A DNA stretch of 64,000 nt from an uncultured virus (IMG/VR IMGVR_UViG_3300032069_000008) (lineage: Duplodnaviria; Heunggongvirae; Uroviricota; Caudoviricetes): IMG/VR virus record IMGVR_UViG_3300032069_000008; one strand, written 5' to 3'. Made by a program: the position numbers and the translations under genes. Below, in pieces: positions 26,220 through 36,845 of this stretch. A model generated the notes under the pieces. It was not told the origin of the DNA. It worked only from the letters and a program-made list of their open reading frames with translations, and did no database searches. Position 1 is the first letter of the stretch. Every line of letters starts with the position of its first letter.

Positions 26220-26604
26220 AAATACCTTAAAATGGAATATACTACATCCTCAGCCAAGGATTATTCCAAATAAAGTTACAGAGGTAGAAAGCTTTATCAT
26301 ATCCCATCCAAAGGGGAAACATATCCACATCGAAATCGTTGACGTCTCATATGGTGGCACTCACGATTATTGGATTATGGGGGACGTCGCTATACAAAAA
26401 GATAAAATAAAAGATGCGAAAGACTTTTTAAAAGGAATAGAAGGGTGTTCAATATATAGCGAACATGAACATGCCCTGAGTATCGACCTACACCCCATCT
26501 GCAAATTCCATACGTCACGAGAGGCTGATAAGGGAATACCAAAACTTTGGGAATGGGCTAATGAATATGGCGGTAGAGATGAGAAAAATCCATCCAGCAT
26601 TTAA
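26212..26604 (+). CDS. Hypothetical protein
   Basis: GTG start after GGAGG, overlapping the upstream stop. Confidence 0.55.
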   Translation: MSENTLKWNILHPQPRIIPNKVTEVESFIISHPKGKHIHIEIVDVSYGGTHDYWIMGDVAIQKDKIKDAKDFLKGIEGCSIYSEHEHALSIDLHPICKFHTSREADKGIPKLWEWANEYGGRDEKNPSSI

Positions 26605-27253
26605 ACAATTTATCCTCAATGATGCAGTAAAAAAATGGGACAGGATACTAAAAGAAGAGGGATGCCCAGAGGGTATTAAAGGGGGGGTTTGTTTTTCGAC
26701 AAGTAATGCATTTTGCAAAATATTAGACAGAGATTTTGAGATACCTTGTACTCTGGAGATGGTAGAGACACTTGCAGGAAACAAAAAGGCAATAGGGCTA
26801 TTCGACTATTATTACAGAGAAGGGGACTTGGGGGCATTTTTCATTCACCTTGAACATATAAATATGGAGAAAGGTAAAGAAAACCTGACGTCAGATGACC
26901 CTGTTGTAGTTGGGATGGGGGCAGGTGGACAGCCAGACCAATTTCATTTTGTGATGAACCTATATCGTCATGGCGAAGCCGTAGATTTGACATTGGATAG
27001 AGTAAAGCGACCACAGTGGGGAATAGACTGTAACAATTATTGGGCTAAATACGATAATGAGTTTTATAAGGAAGATGCAATAATAAGTGATTCAATACGA
27101 AACGCATCTAATTGTGTAGTTATGACAACAAAGAAAAAGTCGTTGGGGCGTGTGGGAGTAGAACCAGAAAGGTATCAAAGGCAGGAACTTAGATTGAGAG
27201 ATTATATCCATGGAGAATTACGAAGAAGAAAGATACCTATATTTTTTAGGTGA
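26579..27253 (+). CDS. Hypothetical protein, possible Cys-His-Asp fold
   Basis: GVCF...FHFV...VDLT motif order. Confidence 0.5.
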   Translation: MRKIHPAFKQFILNDAVKKWDRILKEEGCPEGIKGGVCFSTSNAFCKILDRDFEIPCTLEMVETLAGNKKAIGLFDYYYREGDLGAFFIHLEHINMEKGKENLTSDDPVVVGMGAGGQPDQFHFVMNLYRHGEAVDLTLDRVKRPQWGIDCNNYWAKYDNEFYKEDAIISDSIRNASNCVVMTTKKKSLGRVGVEPERYQRQELRLRDYIHGELRRRKIPIFFR

Positions 27254-27394
27254 TAATTTAGATTATCGTGGAAGCGATTACTAAGGTAAAACTTTTTAAA
27301 GATATATCTAATTCAAGATGTATGGAAAAAAGAGAGAAGCCTTTTAAAGAACAAGAACCAATAATAAAAGGTAAAAAATGCTATCGTACGAAAG

Positions 27395-27682
27395 ATGGGG
27401 AATTGGTCTGTGAGTAGAATAAAACGTGTTGAATTTATCACAGTAGATAGCAAAAAAATAAAAGGGCATGGATGTGAAGCGTGCACACTTGCTTTGAATG
27501 AGTTACGTCCAATAGTTGATAAGTTGGGAGTGCCTCTAAAAATCATAGAAACAGATAGTGCACTTGCGTACCCAAGAACCTGTATTGTAAAAGAGGAGGA
27601 CAACGGCGAGGAAACAGCTAATTGTATCCTTGGTTGGGATGAAACCTATGCTGCTGAAGTGGAAGATTTATCAAAAAAATAA
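27395..27682 (+). CDS. Glutaredoxin/thioredoxin-like protein
   Basis: CEAC motif, YP (cis-Pro position), GWD. Confidence 0.6.
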   Translation: MGNWSVSRIKRVEFITVDSKKIKGHGCEACTLALNELRPIVDKLGVPLKIIETDSALAYPRTCIVKEEDNGEETANCILGWDETYAAEVEDLSKK

Positions 27683-27732
27683 GTATACCTCTTGTGAACA
27701 AAATCTTAAATAATTACTATCAATTCTTTTAA

Positions 27733-27948
27733 TTGATGGCAAAAAGAAAATCAAGAACCGGTGCAGTCATACTATTTTTCATCATAGCGACAGTCATACT
27801 CTATTCAATATATCAGAAGCAGCTGTTACCGATGCCCCTGCTCATATTTTTGATAGGTTTTGCTGTAATCATTCTAATTTGTGTTGGCGTTCTCTTTTTC
27901 CCCCTATCCGGTGAATATAAGGTCATCCCAATAAAAAAAAGGAGATGA
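27733..27948 (+). CDS. Small 2-TM membrane protein
   Basis: Two hydrophobic helices. Confidence 0.6.
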   Translation: MMAKRKSRTGAVILFFIIATVILYSIYQKQLLPMPLLIFLIGFAVIILICVGVLFFPLSGEYKVIPIKKRR

Positions 27949-27952
27949 TGAA

Positions 27953-28312
27953 TTGGTTTCGATGGATGAAGTCATAAAGAAAAACAAAGAAGTAGGTCAA
28001 TTTTTCTTTAGCGAAGATACAATGCGTTTCTTTAGTTCAATAGTTGAAACAAAAGGTGAGCTGATAGGAGACAAATATTTTGTTACAAGCGAACAGAGAG
28101 AGGAGGATTTGCCACGTCTTTATTCTGTGAGAGATTTCAATAAAGATAATGGTCACATTAGAACTGTAGGCAATTTTCAGGAGTTTCAAAATAAGATTGA
28201 AGCAGAGGAATTTGCCTATTGCATGACCGAAACAAATAATATTGAAGAATGCAGGAAGGAAGTAAAAAGATTATTTAGGTTTCACATTCCACCTCCAGCT
28301 AGGGATAAATAG
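27953..28312 (+). CDS. Virus-type hypothetical protein
   Basis: FFS..TMRFF.S...YFVTSE...R.Y.VR pattern resembling phage hypothetical proteins. Confidence 0.65.
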   Translation: MVSMDEVIKKNKEVGQFFFSEDTMRFFSSIVETKGELIGDKYFVTSEQREEDLPRLYSVRDFNKDNGHIRTVGNFQEFQNKIEAEEFAYCMTETNNIEECRKEVKRLFRFHIPPPARDK

Positions 28313-28364
28313 CTTTTTAAATAAAACTAAAACTTTAATAATTAATAACATATTACGATTTCCG

Positions 28365-28691
28365 ATGGAACAAAAAGTTGATAAAGTGTTTTTTGTGGCA
28401 ATAATTACTGATAAGTTCCTTGCAAATTCAGTTACTTTTATCAAGATATGTGCTGATGTCGAACAAGCAAATGAAGAGGCAACAATAAATAACCAATTTG
28501 AAAAACTTAAACCAATGTATGCCATAATCAGAGACGACGTGGACTGGAGTGAATTTCAGCGTTTCAGTTGGCGTAAAAAATGGTTTTTTAGCGATGAACA
28601 AGGGTTTGATAAGGCTTGGGATGAAATGAATAAGGATGTGGACCTGTGGAAGCAGATGGAAAAAATAGCGAATTGGGCACTAAAAAAATAA
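28365..28691 (+). CDS. Hypothetical protein
   Basis: ORF downstream of a TATA-like motif. Confidence 0.55.
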   Translation: MEQKVDKVFFVAIITDKFLANSVTFIKICADVEQANEEATINNQFEKLKPMYAIIRDDVDWSEFQRFSWRKKWFFSDEQGFDKAWDEMNKDVDLWKQMEKIANWALKK

Positions 28692-29356
28692 TACAAGCAA
28701 TCAAGAAAGGTATGCCTGTAAAGGAAATTGCCAAAAAATTCGATGTACCCGAAAGAACAATAACAAAATTAAGTATACTAGATGCAGTAGAAAACGGGAT
28801 GTCATTCAGGCAAGCATCAATAAAATTCAATACATACATATCCACAGTGAACTTCTGGTGCAAAAATGCAGGCATACAATCAGGATTTGAAAAACAAATT
28901 ATGAAGGCTACTGACAAGCAGATACTAGACGAAGTGAAAAAAAATAAGGTTATGACTGTTAGGATGTTAGAGCAGATATTCAGTTACCAGACAAACACAG
29001 CCAGGAAACGATTGAAAAGACTTGCTAGCGAGGGTAAATTGGAATACATCGTACTTGGTGGTGGCGGGAAAGCGGCCTATCTGTTCAAGGACTACATAGC
29101 TAGACGAATATATTACGTTGCCAAAGAAGATTTGCACAAATGGCTCAAAACCAAATTTTTAATAAACATGCCTAGGGGATTGAAAGTAGCTATTACGCAA
29201 AAATTGCATAGGGATAGTGGTATAGACCTAAAATTTGATGAAGAACCCAAAAAAAAGGCATTGATGCTCAATCCAAACATATATGAAAAGATAAAACAAA
29301 AGGCGAGTAAGAGTGGAATAAGTGTGGCAGAATATATTGAAAAGGTGGGCTGTTAA
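28646..29356 (+). CDS. Multi-HTH and ribbon-helix-helix-like DNA-binding protein (start uncertain)
   Basis: G...KEIAKKFDV, GMSFRQAS.KF...STV..W, C-terminal A...GISVAEYI. Confidence 0.65.
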   Translation: MEADGKNSELGTKKIIQAIKKGMPVKEIAKKFDVPERTITKLSILDAVENGMSFRQASIKFNTYISTVNFWCKNAGIQSGFEKQIMKATDKQILDEVKKNKVMTVRMLEQIFSYQTNTARKRLKRLASEGKLEYIVLGGGGKAAYLFKDYIARRIYYVAKEDLHKWLKTKFLINMPRGLKVAITQKLHRDSGIDLKFDEEPKKKALMLNPNIYEKIKQKASKSGISVAEYIEKVGC

Positions 29357-29435
29357 AACTTATGTGGGCTTGTGAGAACTGTCGCAGTAAAAATTCTGAC
29401 AAACGCAGAACCTGTGGTTGTTGCGGGATGTATAA

Positions 29436-30503
29436 ATGATAGAACTAACTGTCAGACCAAGAAAATATACTCTTGACGAACTGCGTGAGCTATATAGCAA
29501 ATATTCTACTGATGAGAGGGACTTTGAAGAGTGGGTATCAGCTATGCAGGTAACTGGGCAACTTGCAAGGCGGGCAGGTCAATACATACCGTCGAAGATA
29601 GGCACGGAAAAAAAGGTTACAAAACCCTATTACAAAACCTATGAGGCAGTGTTGGCCGGAGGCCGTTCTGACGTTGAATTACCACGACTTGGTATAAAGA
29701 CTTTAATAAGCGAAAGGACACGCATAGACCCCACTGAGATGATTCTGATGCAATATATGGACAGTAAGGGCAAATGGATAGACATCCCTGAAAGACCCAA
29801 ATTGTCATTACAGGTGCCAAGAGAAGGCGAGAAATGGCGTGCAGAAGTAGTAGGTTTCCCTGTGTCAATACGCAGAAAATACAAAATAAAAGTAGGAACA
29901 GCTGGCAAAAAAGGAACACAGTTGAAAGTAAGAGTAGGCGGCACCATAACAAGGTATTTCTCAAGATTGAAACTATGGGGCTACAATGTTGAAGGTATGG
30001 TAACTTTCGGCATAACGGGCAAAGGAGTGAACCCAAGGGACTTAGAAATACACGGCTATGAGTTTCCGTTTGAAACGAAAGGGAACATCACAAAAGAGAT
30101 TGAAAACATCGGCACCAAATCAACAAATGTGATGAAGGCATGGCTCGATACGTACAATAGCGAATACTACAATCTGCTTACGTCATCTGTCAGTGAAGTA
30201 AGCGAAGGTGTGTCATCAGAGCCGTTGGTAGAAGCACCAGAACGGAGAACAAAGATTCATTTTTTAGACCACGATGCAAAGACGGTCAGCGAAACAAGAG
30301 CAAGAGCATCAGCTATGTTGCCAAGAAAGTGGTACGACATGAGTGTAACTGAAGTTGCGTCACGTTTTGAGCTTGTTTCTGATGACATAAAAGGGGCAGA
30401 AGGATACCATGGCAGAAGTACAAGTTACCGCAAACTAAGAACCGGTCAAACCACGTTAGAAGAGGTACTGAAAAAAGGCAAAGAGGGGGAAGGATTTGGT
30501 TAA
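29436..30503 (+). CDS. Hypothetical protein (355 aa)
   Basis: Long ORF. Confidence 0.7.
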   Translation: MIELTVRPRKYTLDELRELYSKYSTDERDFEEWVSAMQVTGQLARRAGQYIPSKIGTEKKVTKPYYKTYEAVLAGGRSDVELPRLGIKTLISERTRIDPTEMILMQYMDSKGKWIDIPERPKLSLQVPREGEKWRAEVVGFPVSIRRKYKIKVGTAGKKGTQLKVRVGGTITRYFSRLKLWGYNVEGMVTFGITGKGVNPRDLEIHGYEFPFETKGNITKEIENIGTKSTNVMKAWLDTYNSEYYNLLTSSVSEVSEGVSSEPLVEAPERRTKIHFLDHDAKTVSETRARASAMLPRKWYDMSVTEVASRFELVSDDIKGAEGYHGRSTSYRKLRTGQTTLEEVLKKGKEGEGFG

Positions 30504-30684
30504 ATGTGAGAAATGCAAAGAAAAAGAAGGAACAGAATGCATCTATTATGTAGAACATGAAGGTTATTTATGCAAACCTTGTTACAAAAGATGGTTGAAG
30601 ATTGCTAAGGCAACTCCAGAAGACTCTCTAGTAAAAAGGTGTAGACTTCTTGAAAAAAAATATTTGGAATGGTTAGAAATATGA
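30496..30684 (+). CDS. Small Zn-finger protein
   Basis: CEKC...CKPC. Confidence 0.55.
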   Translation: MVKCEKCKEKEGTECIYYVEHEGYLCKPCYKRWLKIAKATPEDSLVKRCRLLEKKYLEWLEI

Positions 30685-30964
30685 ACTACAGGTTAACCCA
30701 GGCAAAAGAGGACGGGCAGGGAGTTTCCATAAATAATAACTCCTCCTCAAAGATAAATAGGAAAAATATACTCCTTTCCTATCATGAATCTGCTGTCCTT
30801 CCTCTGCTTTATGGGTAAAAAAAGATAAGGATGGTGAAGGTTTTGGAAGAAGAAAGAAGTGAAATCATTAGAACCGAAATATACGTCACAAACATGGAAA
30901 ATAAAGAAAAGATAGATATGGTACTTGAGAAACATGAACAAAAACTCGGAGAAATTAAGATACT

Positions 30965-31969
30965 GTGATGACGATGAAACAAACAGTCTGCAATTACTGT
31001 AAAAAAAAAATTAAGCGTTTTCCTTGTAAAATACGTAAAATTAATTTTTGTAACAAAAAATGTTTATCTAGTTGGTATAAATTAAAAAGAAAGTCAATTA
31101 CTTGTAACAATTGCGGTAAAAAGATTGATATTATTCACGCAAAAATAAAAAATCACAACTATTGTTCAAATGCTTGTTATCATTTATCACGAAGAAATAA
31201 TCGAATAATCAATAAAATTCCAACAAAAGGAGAATTAATCGAACAATATGTAAAACAAAATAGAACATTAAAAGAAATAGGAAAATGCTACGGTTTGGCA
31301 AGGGAAACTACATATTTTTATATCAAAAAATATAATATTAGTTACGAAAAAAAATGGTCTCTTACAAAAATAAATAAAAGACAAACATTTTTCTTAGGGT
31401 ATGTAGTCGGTGCTATTTTTGGTGATGGATGGTTTTATAAAAAGGCATATAGAACATATTTTTGTTCTACAGAGTTATCTTCAATATCAGTATTTATGAG
31501 TATGCTGTCAGAGATATATCCAGGTTGTTTCAGGATACGAACTCAAGAAAGACCAAATGTAAAAATATTATATACCATAGAAATTCCATGCAAAGCATTA
31601 TATGAGTTTCTTTCACCATATAAAGAAAAATCACGATTTTTTATACCAGATTTTTTAAATACAAAGGAAAGCAAAGCAGGATTTTTATCGGGCTTTTTTG
31701 ATGCTGAAGGCTGCATACAAATTTATAACAATAGATTAGCATCATTATATATCAGTTCTAAATATTATGAAAATCTTATTCCAATTCAAAAAATGTTAAC
31801 CGAATTTGGAATAGAATCTAAATTGAATAGAGTAAAAACACGCATGGAAAGCAGAATATATTTAGGACAAAACTACGAAAATCTAAAAAAAATTAAGAAA
31901 AATATAAACTTTCATTCTTTCAAAAAAATGAAAACACTGGAGGATGCAATATGCTTAAAACAACAATAG
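30965..31969 (+). CDS. Free-standing LAGLIDADG homing endonuclease with N-terminal Zn-finger repeats and HTH
   Basis: YVVGAIFGDG and FLSGFFDAEG motifs; CxxC..FC...C repeats. Confidence 0.88.
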   Translation: MMTMKQTVCNYCKKKIKRFPCKIRKINFCNKKCLSSWYKLKRKSITCNNCGKKIDIIHAKIKNHNYCSNACYHLSRRNNRIINKIPTKGELIEQYVKQNRTLKEIGKCYGLARETTYFYIKKYNISYEKKWSLTKINKRQTFFLGYVVGAIFGDGWFYKKAYRTYFCSTELSSISVFMSMLSEIYPGCFRIRTQERPNVKILYTIEIPCKALYEFLSPYKEKSRFFIPDFLNTKESKAGFLSGFFDAEGCIQIYNNRLASLYISSKYYENLIPIQKMLTEFGIESKLNRVKTRMESRIYLGQNYENLKKIKKNINFHSFKKMKTLEDAICLKQQ

Positions 31970-32256
31970 GATTAGATTGGGATTATGTACCTATAAAAAC
32001 AGCAAAAAAACGTATGAAGCAAATTGAAAAAGAACTTAATTGCCAAAGTATATTGTATAAAACTAAAAGGGGAGTGCACCTCATTCTCATATTTAACAAA
32101 TTTATCTCAAAGGAGAAGAACTTTGAACTACGTGAGAAATACCAAGATTGTCCTGAAAGAATCAGACGTAGTTTGCTTAGAAGCGAAACGCCAGGCGTGC
32201 CTCACGATATTTTATTCTCAATAAAAAATGGTCATTGGAGGGAAAGAATCTGGTAA
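31951..32256 (+). CDS. Minimal AEP (primase-polymerase)-like protein
   Basis: LDWD (DxD), TKRGVH (motif II-like), downstream D..R. Confidence 0.45.
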   Translation: MLKTTIGLDWDYVPIKTAKKRMKQIEKELNCQSILYKTKRGVHLILIFNKFISKEKNFELREKYQDCPERIRRSLLRSETPGVPHDILFSIKNGHWRERIW

Positions 32257-32489
32257 ATCAGCAGAAGTTGTTTGAGGATGAGCCAAAAAAAGAGGAGCCA
32301 GAGATAAAGCAAGTTACATCCAAACCAGAACTTATTGTGACAATTAAAGAGGACGAAGGCGACTTAGAACATTACTGTGTCGACTGCAAAAAAAACTTCA
32401 AATACTCATCAAATGACATAAGACCATATGTCTACTGTAAGTGCGATAGAGGGTATAAAAATCCAAATCTAAAAAATACCAAAAATTAA
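32235..32489 (+). CDS. Small Zn-ribbon protein
   Basis: CVDC...CKC. Confidence 0.5.
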   Translation: MEGKNLVNQQKLFEDEPKKEEPEIKQVTSKPELIVTIKEDEGDLEHYCVDCKKNFKYSSNDIRPYVYCKCDRGYKNPNLKNTKN

Positions 32490-32578
32490 TAAATTGACAA
32501 ACTATTACAATCTCAGAAAGGTTGGGGGGAAAGGTCTTCACCGGACACTTCTCCTTTTTCCTTTCTAAGAGTCGTCTC

Positions 32579-32974
32579 ATGAACTTGTCATTTACGTTAA
32601 TCGATGGCAAACCATACGATAAACTTTTACCAGGACATTTTAAAGAGGGAGCAACACTAACGACTTTTAGGGCATATTCTCCAAGGAAAGATAAATATTA
32701 CGATGGTTGCGTCGGCAAAGAGTTTTATGTAATTCTTGACAATAGGGCGATAGGAAAAGCCAAGCTTGTAAAACGGGAGTACCGGTGGAGCTATGACCTG
32801 ACTGAGGAAGAAATAAAAAATGACACATATTCATATTGGGGACGTGCAGAGTTTAATGACCTGATGAATAAGTTTTATGAGAACTCAAAGATTTTTGGCT
32901 TTTGGCTAATATTTCAAATCACAAAAGCAGGTCAATTGACAACATTGGAGAGGTTTGAGAATGGGAGTACCTGA
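32579..32974 (+). CDS. ASCH/PUA-like domain protein
   Basis: TTFR...IGKAKLV...DLTEE.I..D.....EF pattern. Confidence 0.5.
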   Translation: MNLSFTLIDGKPYDKLLPGHFKEGATLTTFRAYSPRKDKYYDGCVGKEFYVILDNRAIGKAKLVKREYRWSYDLTEEEIKNDTYSYWGRAEFNDLMNKFYENSKIFGFWLIFQITKAGQLTTLERFENGST

Positions 32975-33200
32975 AGAAATAACTAGCACCTTGGAAGCGA
33001 TGTACGCTAAAAAGGGCAGAGATTTCACGTTCAAATGCAGACTACTAGCAAAAAAACTGAAGTATCCGGGACAAAAAGTATCACGCAATATGCCAAACTT
33101 GGAAAAAAAAGGCATAATAGTTAAGAAAGAAAAATCAAGAAAAAGTATAGTCTATAAAACGTGTTTCAAGGGAGGGGGCAAGGATACAAGCCATATGTAA
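32961..33200 (+). CDS. Small wHTH protein
   Basis: LAKKL....KVSR....LEKKGII. Confidence 0.55.
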   Translation: MGVPEEITSTLEAMYAKKGRDFTFKCRLLAKKLKYPGQKVSRNMPNLEKKGIIVKKEKSRKSIVYKTCFKGGGKDTSHM

Positions 33201-33403
33201 CTATTGTGGAAAAACCCGCAAGGTAAATCCATCGGATGTAAAGGATGTCAACGACTACCACTGTAAGGAGTGCCACCCATTGTATCTCAAAGAAAAAAAG
33301 GACAGAGGCGAAATGTTCTGGGACTGGTCAGCAATAAGAAAACTAAATAAAATCGCAATGAATAATGGACACAAAAATATCTTCTCAAACGGGGTAAGAA
33401 AAA

Positions 33404-33664
33404 ATGGTAACTGACCCAATAACTGACCTATTTAGTGGAACTGGCACAGAACAGGAAAAAAAGAAAGCTGAAGCATATTGGTCTGCAAGCCTGAATGTAA
33501 AATGTCCATATTGCGGGCACATTGTCGATATCCTTGATACAGATGAATGGAGCAATGACTGGGCATATAAATTCGGCAGATTGGAAACCAGAGCAAAGAT
33601 AGATGCAGAAGTGCAGTGCCCAAAATGCAAATTAATCTTTGATGTGGAGACTGTGATATGGTAG
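33404..33664 (+). CDS. Zn-ribbon protein
   Basis: CPYC...CPKC. Confidence 0.6.
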   Translation: MVTDPITDLFSGTGTEQEKKKAEAYWSASLNVKCPYCGHIVDILDTDEWSNDWAYKFGRLETRAKIDAEVQCPKCKLIFDVETVIW

Positions 33665-34986
33665 AGACAATATGCGATAACTGTGGAAAAAAAATTGAAC
33701 GAAATAAATACGAAATAGAAACATGTGAGCGTCATTTTTGCAACAGAAAATGCTATGGGAAATGGCGTTCCCAAAATAGAATTTGTGCCAACCATCCTAA
33801 TTGGATAGATGTACCAAAAAACGAAATAATTGATTTGTATAAATCAGGTTGCACAATTACTAAGATTAGCAAAATGCATCATATATCACAAGGAACCATA
33901 TACAGTAGATTTAAAAAATGGGACATACTCTTAATTAATAAAAATGCTGAGATAAAATGCGACAATTGTGGAGAAAAAACCAAAAGAAGAAATTGTTTAA
34001 TAAAAGCATGGAAGCACCATTTTTGTAACAAGAAATGCTATGATGAATGGAGGATGTACCCAATAAAATTAGAACCAACTTATTCCCTTGGCTATTTAAT
34101 TGGTGTTATTTTTGGAGACGGACATATAAATTTATCTCAAAATAGGATAATTATAACAACTGCGGATATAGACTGGATTGGAACGCTTATAACGATAATT
34201 AATGAAATTTGTCCCCAAATATCAACAGTCGGCATCCAATCATATGAATATTGGGGCAAAGCCGTCCAAGTGGGTATTTACTCTAAAAAATTATGTAAAG
34301 TTCTCAAACCCTTTAAACTAGAACCACACAGATATAATATCCCGCCCTTTCTAAATACGCCAGAATCATTAGCAGGTTTAGTAGCAGGCTTGATAGATAC
34401 AGATGGATGCATACAAATCCATAGACAAAATATTAATATTGAACTGACTTCAAAATATGTTGAAAATCTAATTCCAATTGAAAAAATATTAAAAAATATT
34501 TTTGAGATAAACTCAAAAATTTACTCTCCCCCGTCTCGTGAATCTTCGGTTTTAAGGATTGCCGGCTATGCAAATTTGTTTAGATTTGAACAGAAGATAG
34601 GGCTAATAATGACAAGGAGACAAAATCTACTGCAACAAGCAATTACCGAAGCAGAAAAAAAATATAAACGAAGAGAGTACAGTAAGCAAAGAATAGAAGA
34701 AATGGTACATCTTTATAAAAATAAAAATCTTTCTTTGAGACAAATAGCAAATAAATTAGATGTAAGTAAAGACTATGTTTGTATAGTTGCAAGAAGAAAC
34801 AACCTTTCAAGAAGAACAATACATACGCCAGAGCAATATAATGACGTAATTAATTTACGAAAAATGGGGCATACTATCGAAGAGATATCATTTCTCACAA
34901 GTATTAGTATTCATGCTATCCGAGAATGGATTTATAGAAACAGAAAACCGCTATCAGTGCACATGCTGGAGGCTGAAAATGGTTGA
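33658..34986 (+). CDS. Free-standing LAGLIDADG homing endonuclease with Zn fingers and HTH domains
   Basis: YLIGVIFGDG and LVAGLIDTDG motifs; similar to 30965-31969. Confidence 0.9.
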   Translation: MVETICDNCGKKIERNKYEIETCERHFCNRKCYGKWRSQNRICANHPNWIDVPKNEIIDLYKSGCTITKISKMHHISQGTIYSRFKKWDILLINKNAEIKCDNCGEKTKRRNCLIKAWKHHFCNKKCYDEWRMYPIKLEPTYSLGYLIGVIFGDGHINLSQNRIIITTADIDWIGTLITIINEICPQISTVGIQSYEYWGKAVQVGIYSKKLCKVLKPFKLEPHRYNIPPFLNTPESLAGLVAGLIDTDGCIQIHRQNINIELTSKYVENLIPIEKILKNIFEINSKIYSPPSRESSVLRIAGYANLFRFEQKIGLIMTRRQNLLQQAITEAEKKYKRREYSKQRIEEMVHLYKNKNLSLRQIANKLDVSKDYVCIVARRNNLSRRTIHTPEQYNDVINLRKMGHTIEEISFLTSISIHAIREWIYRNRKPLSVHMLEAENG

Positions 34987-35716
34987 TATGGACTTTTGGA
35001 GAGAATACTACTCGGACAATAAAAATCTTGAAAAAATAAGCTACTACAGCAAATATAGAGAAATTGTTATAATGAGGGAAACCAAAGGACACAAATTGGT
35101 TTTGCGTCCCTGCAAAATATTTAAACCTGAACATTTAGACTATTATATCAAACGCCTAAACTTGACAGAAAACCTATTTGACATCTACCATTCGGTTGCA
35201 TCAGTAAAAATACCTTTCCCGATTTCATCTAATTTCAAGAAAATAAAAGAGGATAGAGAGCAACTTAATCTCAATTTTATGAAATGGATTACGGGCTTTG
35301 ATTTATTTATAGATACAGATATTGAAACAGATGCAGATAGACCCAAAGCCAGAGAATATGCAATTTCACTTACTTTAGAATTAAGAAAAAAAGGATATGA
35401 AAAAACAGAGCTATGGGACACATCAAGAGGATTCCACTGTTGGAATCGTGGTAGATGGGACGTATTATTTATCAAAAACCTTGTAATGGATACATGCTGT
35501 GAACTAGGTATACCGATGAGTATGCCGATAAAAGAAATAAATGGGAAACGATACAAAACACAAGACAAAAAATGGGTTGAGATGAAACCCAATGAAGCAG
35601 TACCTGTTGGTTCTAAACCCTGGGTTGATGTTTCAATTTACGATTATCGCAGAATAAAACGTATTCCTTTTTCATTGCATTCAAAGACGGGTAAACCGAT
35701 GGTGAAGGTGCAATGA
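34979..35716 (+). CDS. priS: Archaeo-eukaryotic primase catalytic subunit (PriS-like)
   Basis: FDLFIDTD, SRGFH, D....D.RRI.RIPFSLH.KTG. Confidence 0.8.
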   Translation: MVDMDFWREYYSDNKNLEKISYYSKYREIVIMRETKGHKLVLRPCKIFKPEHLDYYIKRLNLTENLFDIYHSVASVKIPFPISSNFKKIKEDREQLNLNFMKWITGFDLFIDTDIETDADRPKAREYAISLTLELRKKGYEKTELWDTSRGFHCWNRGRWDVLFIKNLVMDTCCELGIPMSMPIKEINGKRYKTQDKKWVEMKPNEAVPVGSKPWVDVSIYDYRRIKRIPFSLHSKTGKPMVKVQ

Positions 35717-35916
35717 AATTTCCTGAAAGATGCCGGAAATGCGAAATAGGGGATAAGAAGATGCTGAGATTAATTAAACCGAAGCCGAGATGTCCGAAAT
35801 GCAATTGTCAGATGACAGAGAAAGATGGTCGATTGGAATGCATCTGCGGTTTCTATTGCCATTTGAAAGCAGACCGTTGTTGTACCTGTGGAGTGATACT
35901 TGATGAACAACACTGA
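35713..35916 (+). CDS. Cys-rich Zn-binding small protein
   Basis: Multiple CxxC motifs; ATGA overlap. Confidence 0.55.
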   Translation: MKFPERCRKCEIGDKKMLRLIKPKPRCPKCNCQMTEKDGRLECICGFYCHLKADRCCTCGVILDEQH

Positions 35917-36130
35917 CGAAAAAAGAGTAATAATGATGCTAAATGGAGAATTTATATATGAAATACATAAGGAAGTTTGTTCCATCTGCAAAAAAGACAA
36001 TGATGGAAAATTCTTGATTATCCCATTGCCCACGTATAAAAAATATGTAGCGATATGTGACCCTTGTTTGAATAAAAAAAATATGGGTGCACCAGAAAAC
36101 TATAACAGCAATATTGCAAATCAGGAGTGA
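35900..36130 (+). CDS. Small Zn-finger protein
   Basis: CSIC...CDPC. Confidence 0.5.
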   Translation: MMNNTDEKRVIMMLNGEFIYEIHKEVCSICKKDNDGKFLIIPLPTYKKYVAICDPCLNKKNMGAPENYNSNIANQE

Positions 36131-36288
36131 AAGCAGGGCATGAAACTTTCAATTAAAAAATAGGAACTAAAAAATGAAGAAATGTAAAACCTGTATTTAC
36201 AACGATGACGGATTATGTATCCATCCAAAAGTTTTCAAACCAATAGTATACGTTTCATCATGCAAATACTATACGAAGGCGGGGAAAA

Positions 36289-36495
36289 ATGAAACTCTCA
36301 ATTAAAAGAATCAAACGACTTGCAGACGAAGAAAAACCGAAGGCGATTGCACGCTACCTGAAGAACTTCGTTCCCTCTGAAAAAAAGAATCAATTGGAAG
36401 TTAGGCTTGACGAATATGCACACTCGCTTGAAAAGAATGTTGCCAATTTAAATCGTAGGGATATTGAAAAAAAACTTGAGGAGTTGAGTAAATGA
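36289..36495 (+). CDS. Hypothetical protein
   Basis: Coupled to the yopX-like gene. Confidence 0.55.
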   Translation: MKLSIKRIKRLADEEKPKAIARYLKNFVPSEKKNQLEVRLDEYAHSLEKNVANLNRRDIEKKLEELSK

Positions 36496-36845
36496 GAGAA
36501 ATCAAAATCCGCTATATTTTCAGAACCAGATGGACTAAAAAAGTTCGTGCAACCTTCCGAACAATAGATGAACTTGAGAACGGTGGCTTCTTTTTGGGTT
36601 GGGGATACAAACTTCTTTCCAAAAATGAATTTACTGGTGCTTATGATAAGGATGGCAAAGAGATATATGCAGAAGATGTTGTTAAAGCTGATGTTATCGG
36701 TCTCGTATCGTGGGATGAAAAATTGTTGCAGTATACTATCTTTTGGAGTGATAAAGTATCTTGTAGTCTTGTAAGTATGAAAGATTGCATCGAAGTTATT
36801 GGAAACTTTGCTGAAAATCCAGGATTGTTGAAGGAGTTTGCATGA
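36492..36845 (+). CDS. YopX-family phage protein
   Basis: MREIKIR, FTG..DK.GKEIY..D, EVIGN..ENP.LL. Confidence 0.85.
   Translation: MREIKIRYIFRTRWTKKVRATFRTIDELENGGFFLGWGYKLLSKNEFTGAYDKDGKEIYAEDVVKADVIGLVSWDEKLLQYTIFWSDKVSCSLVSMKDCIEVIGNFAENPGLLKEFA

Noticed and set aside
30965..34986. LAGLIDADG domains as inteins or intron-encoded ORFs
   Set aside because: No N-terminal Cys/Ser splicing block, no C-terminal His-Asn, and no interrupted host gene was evident.
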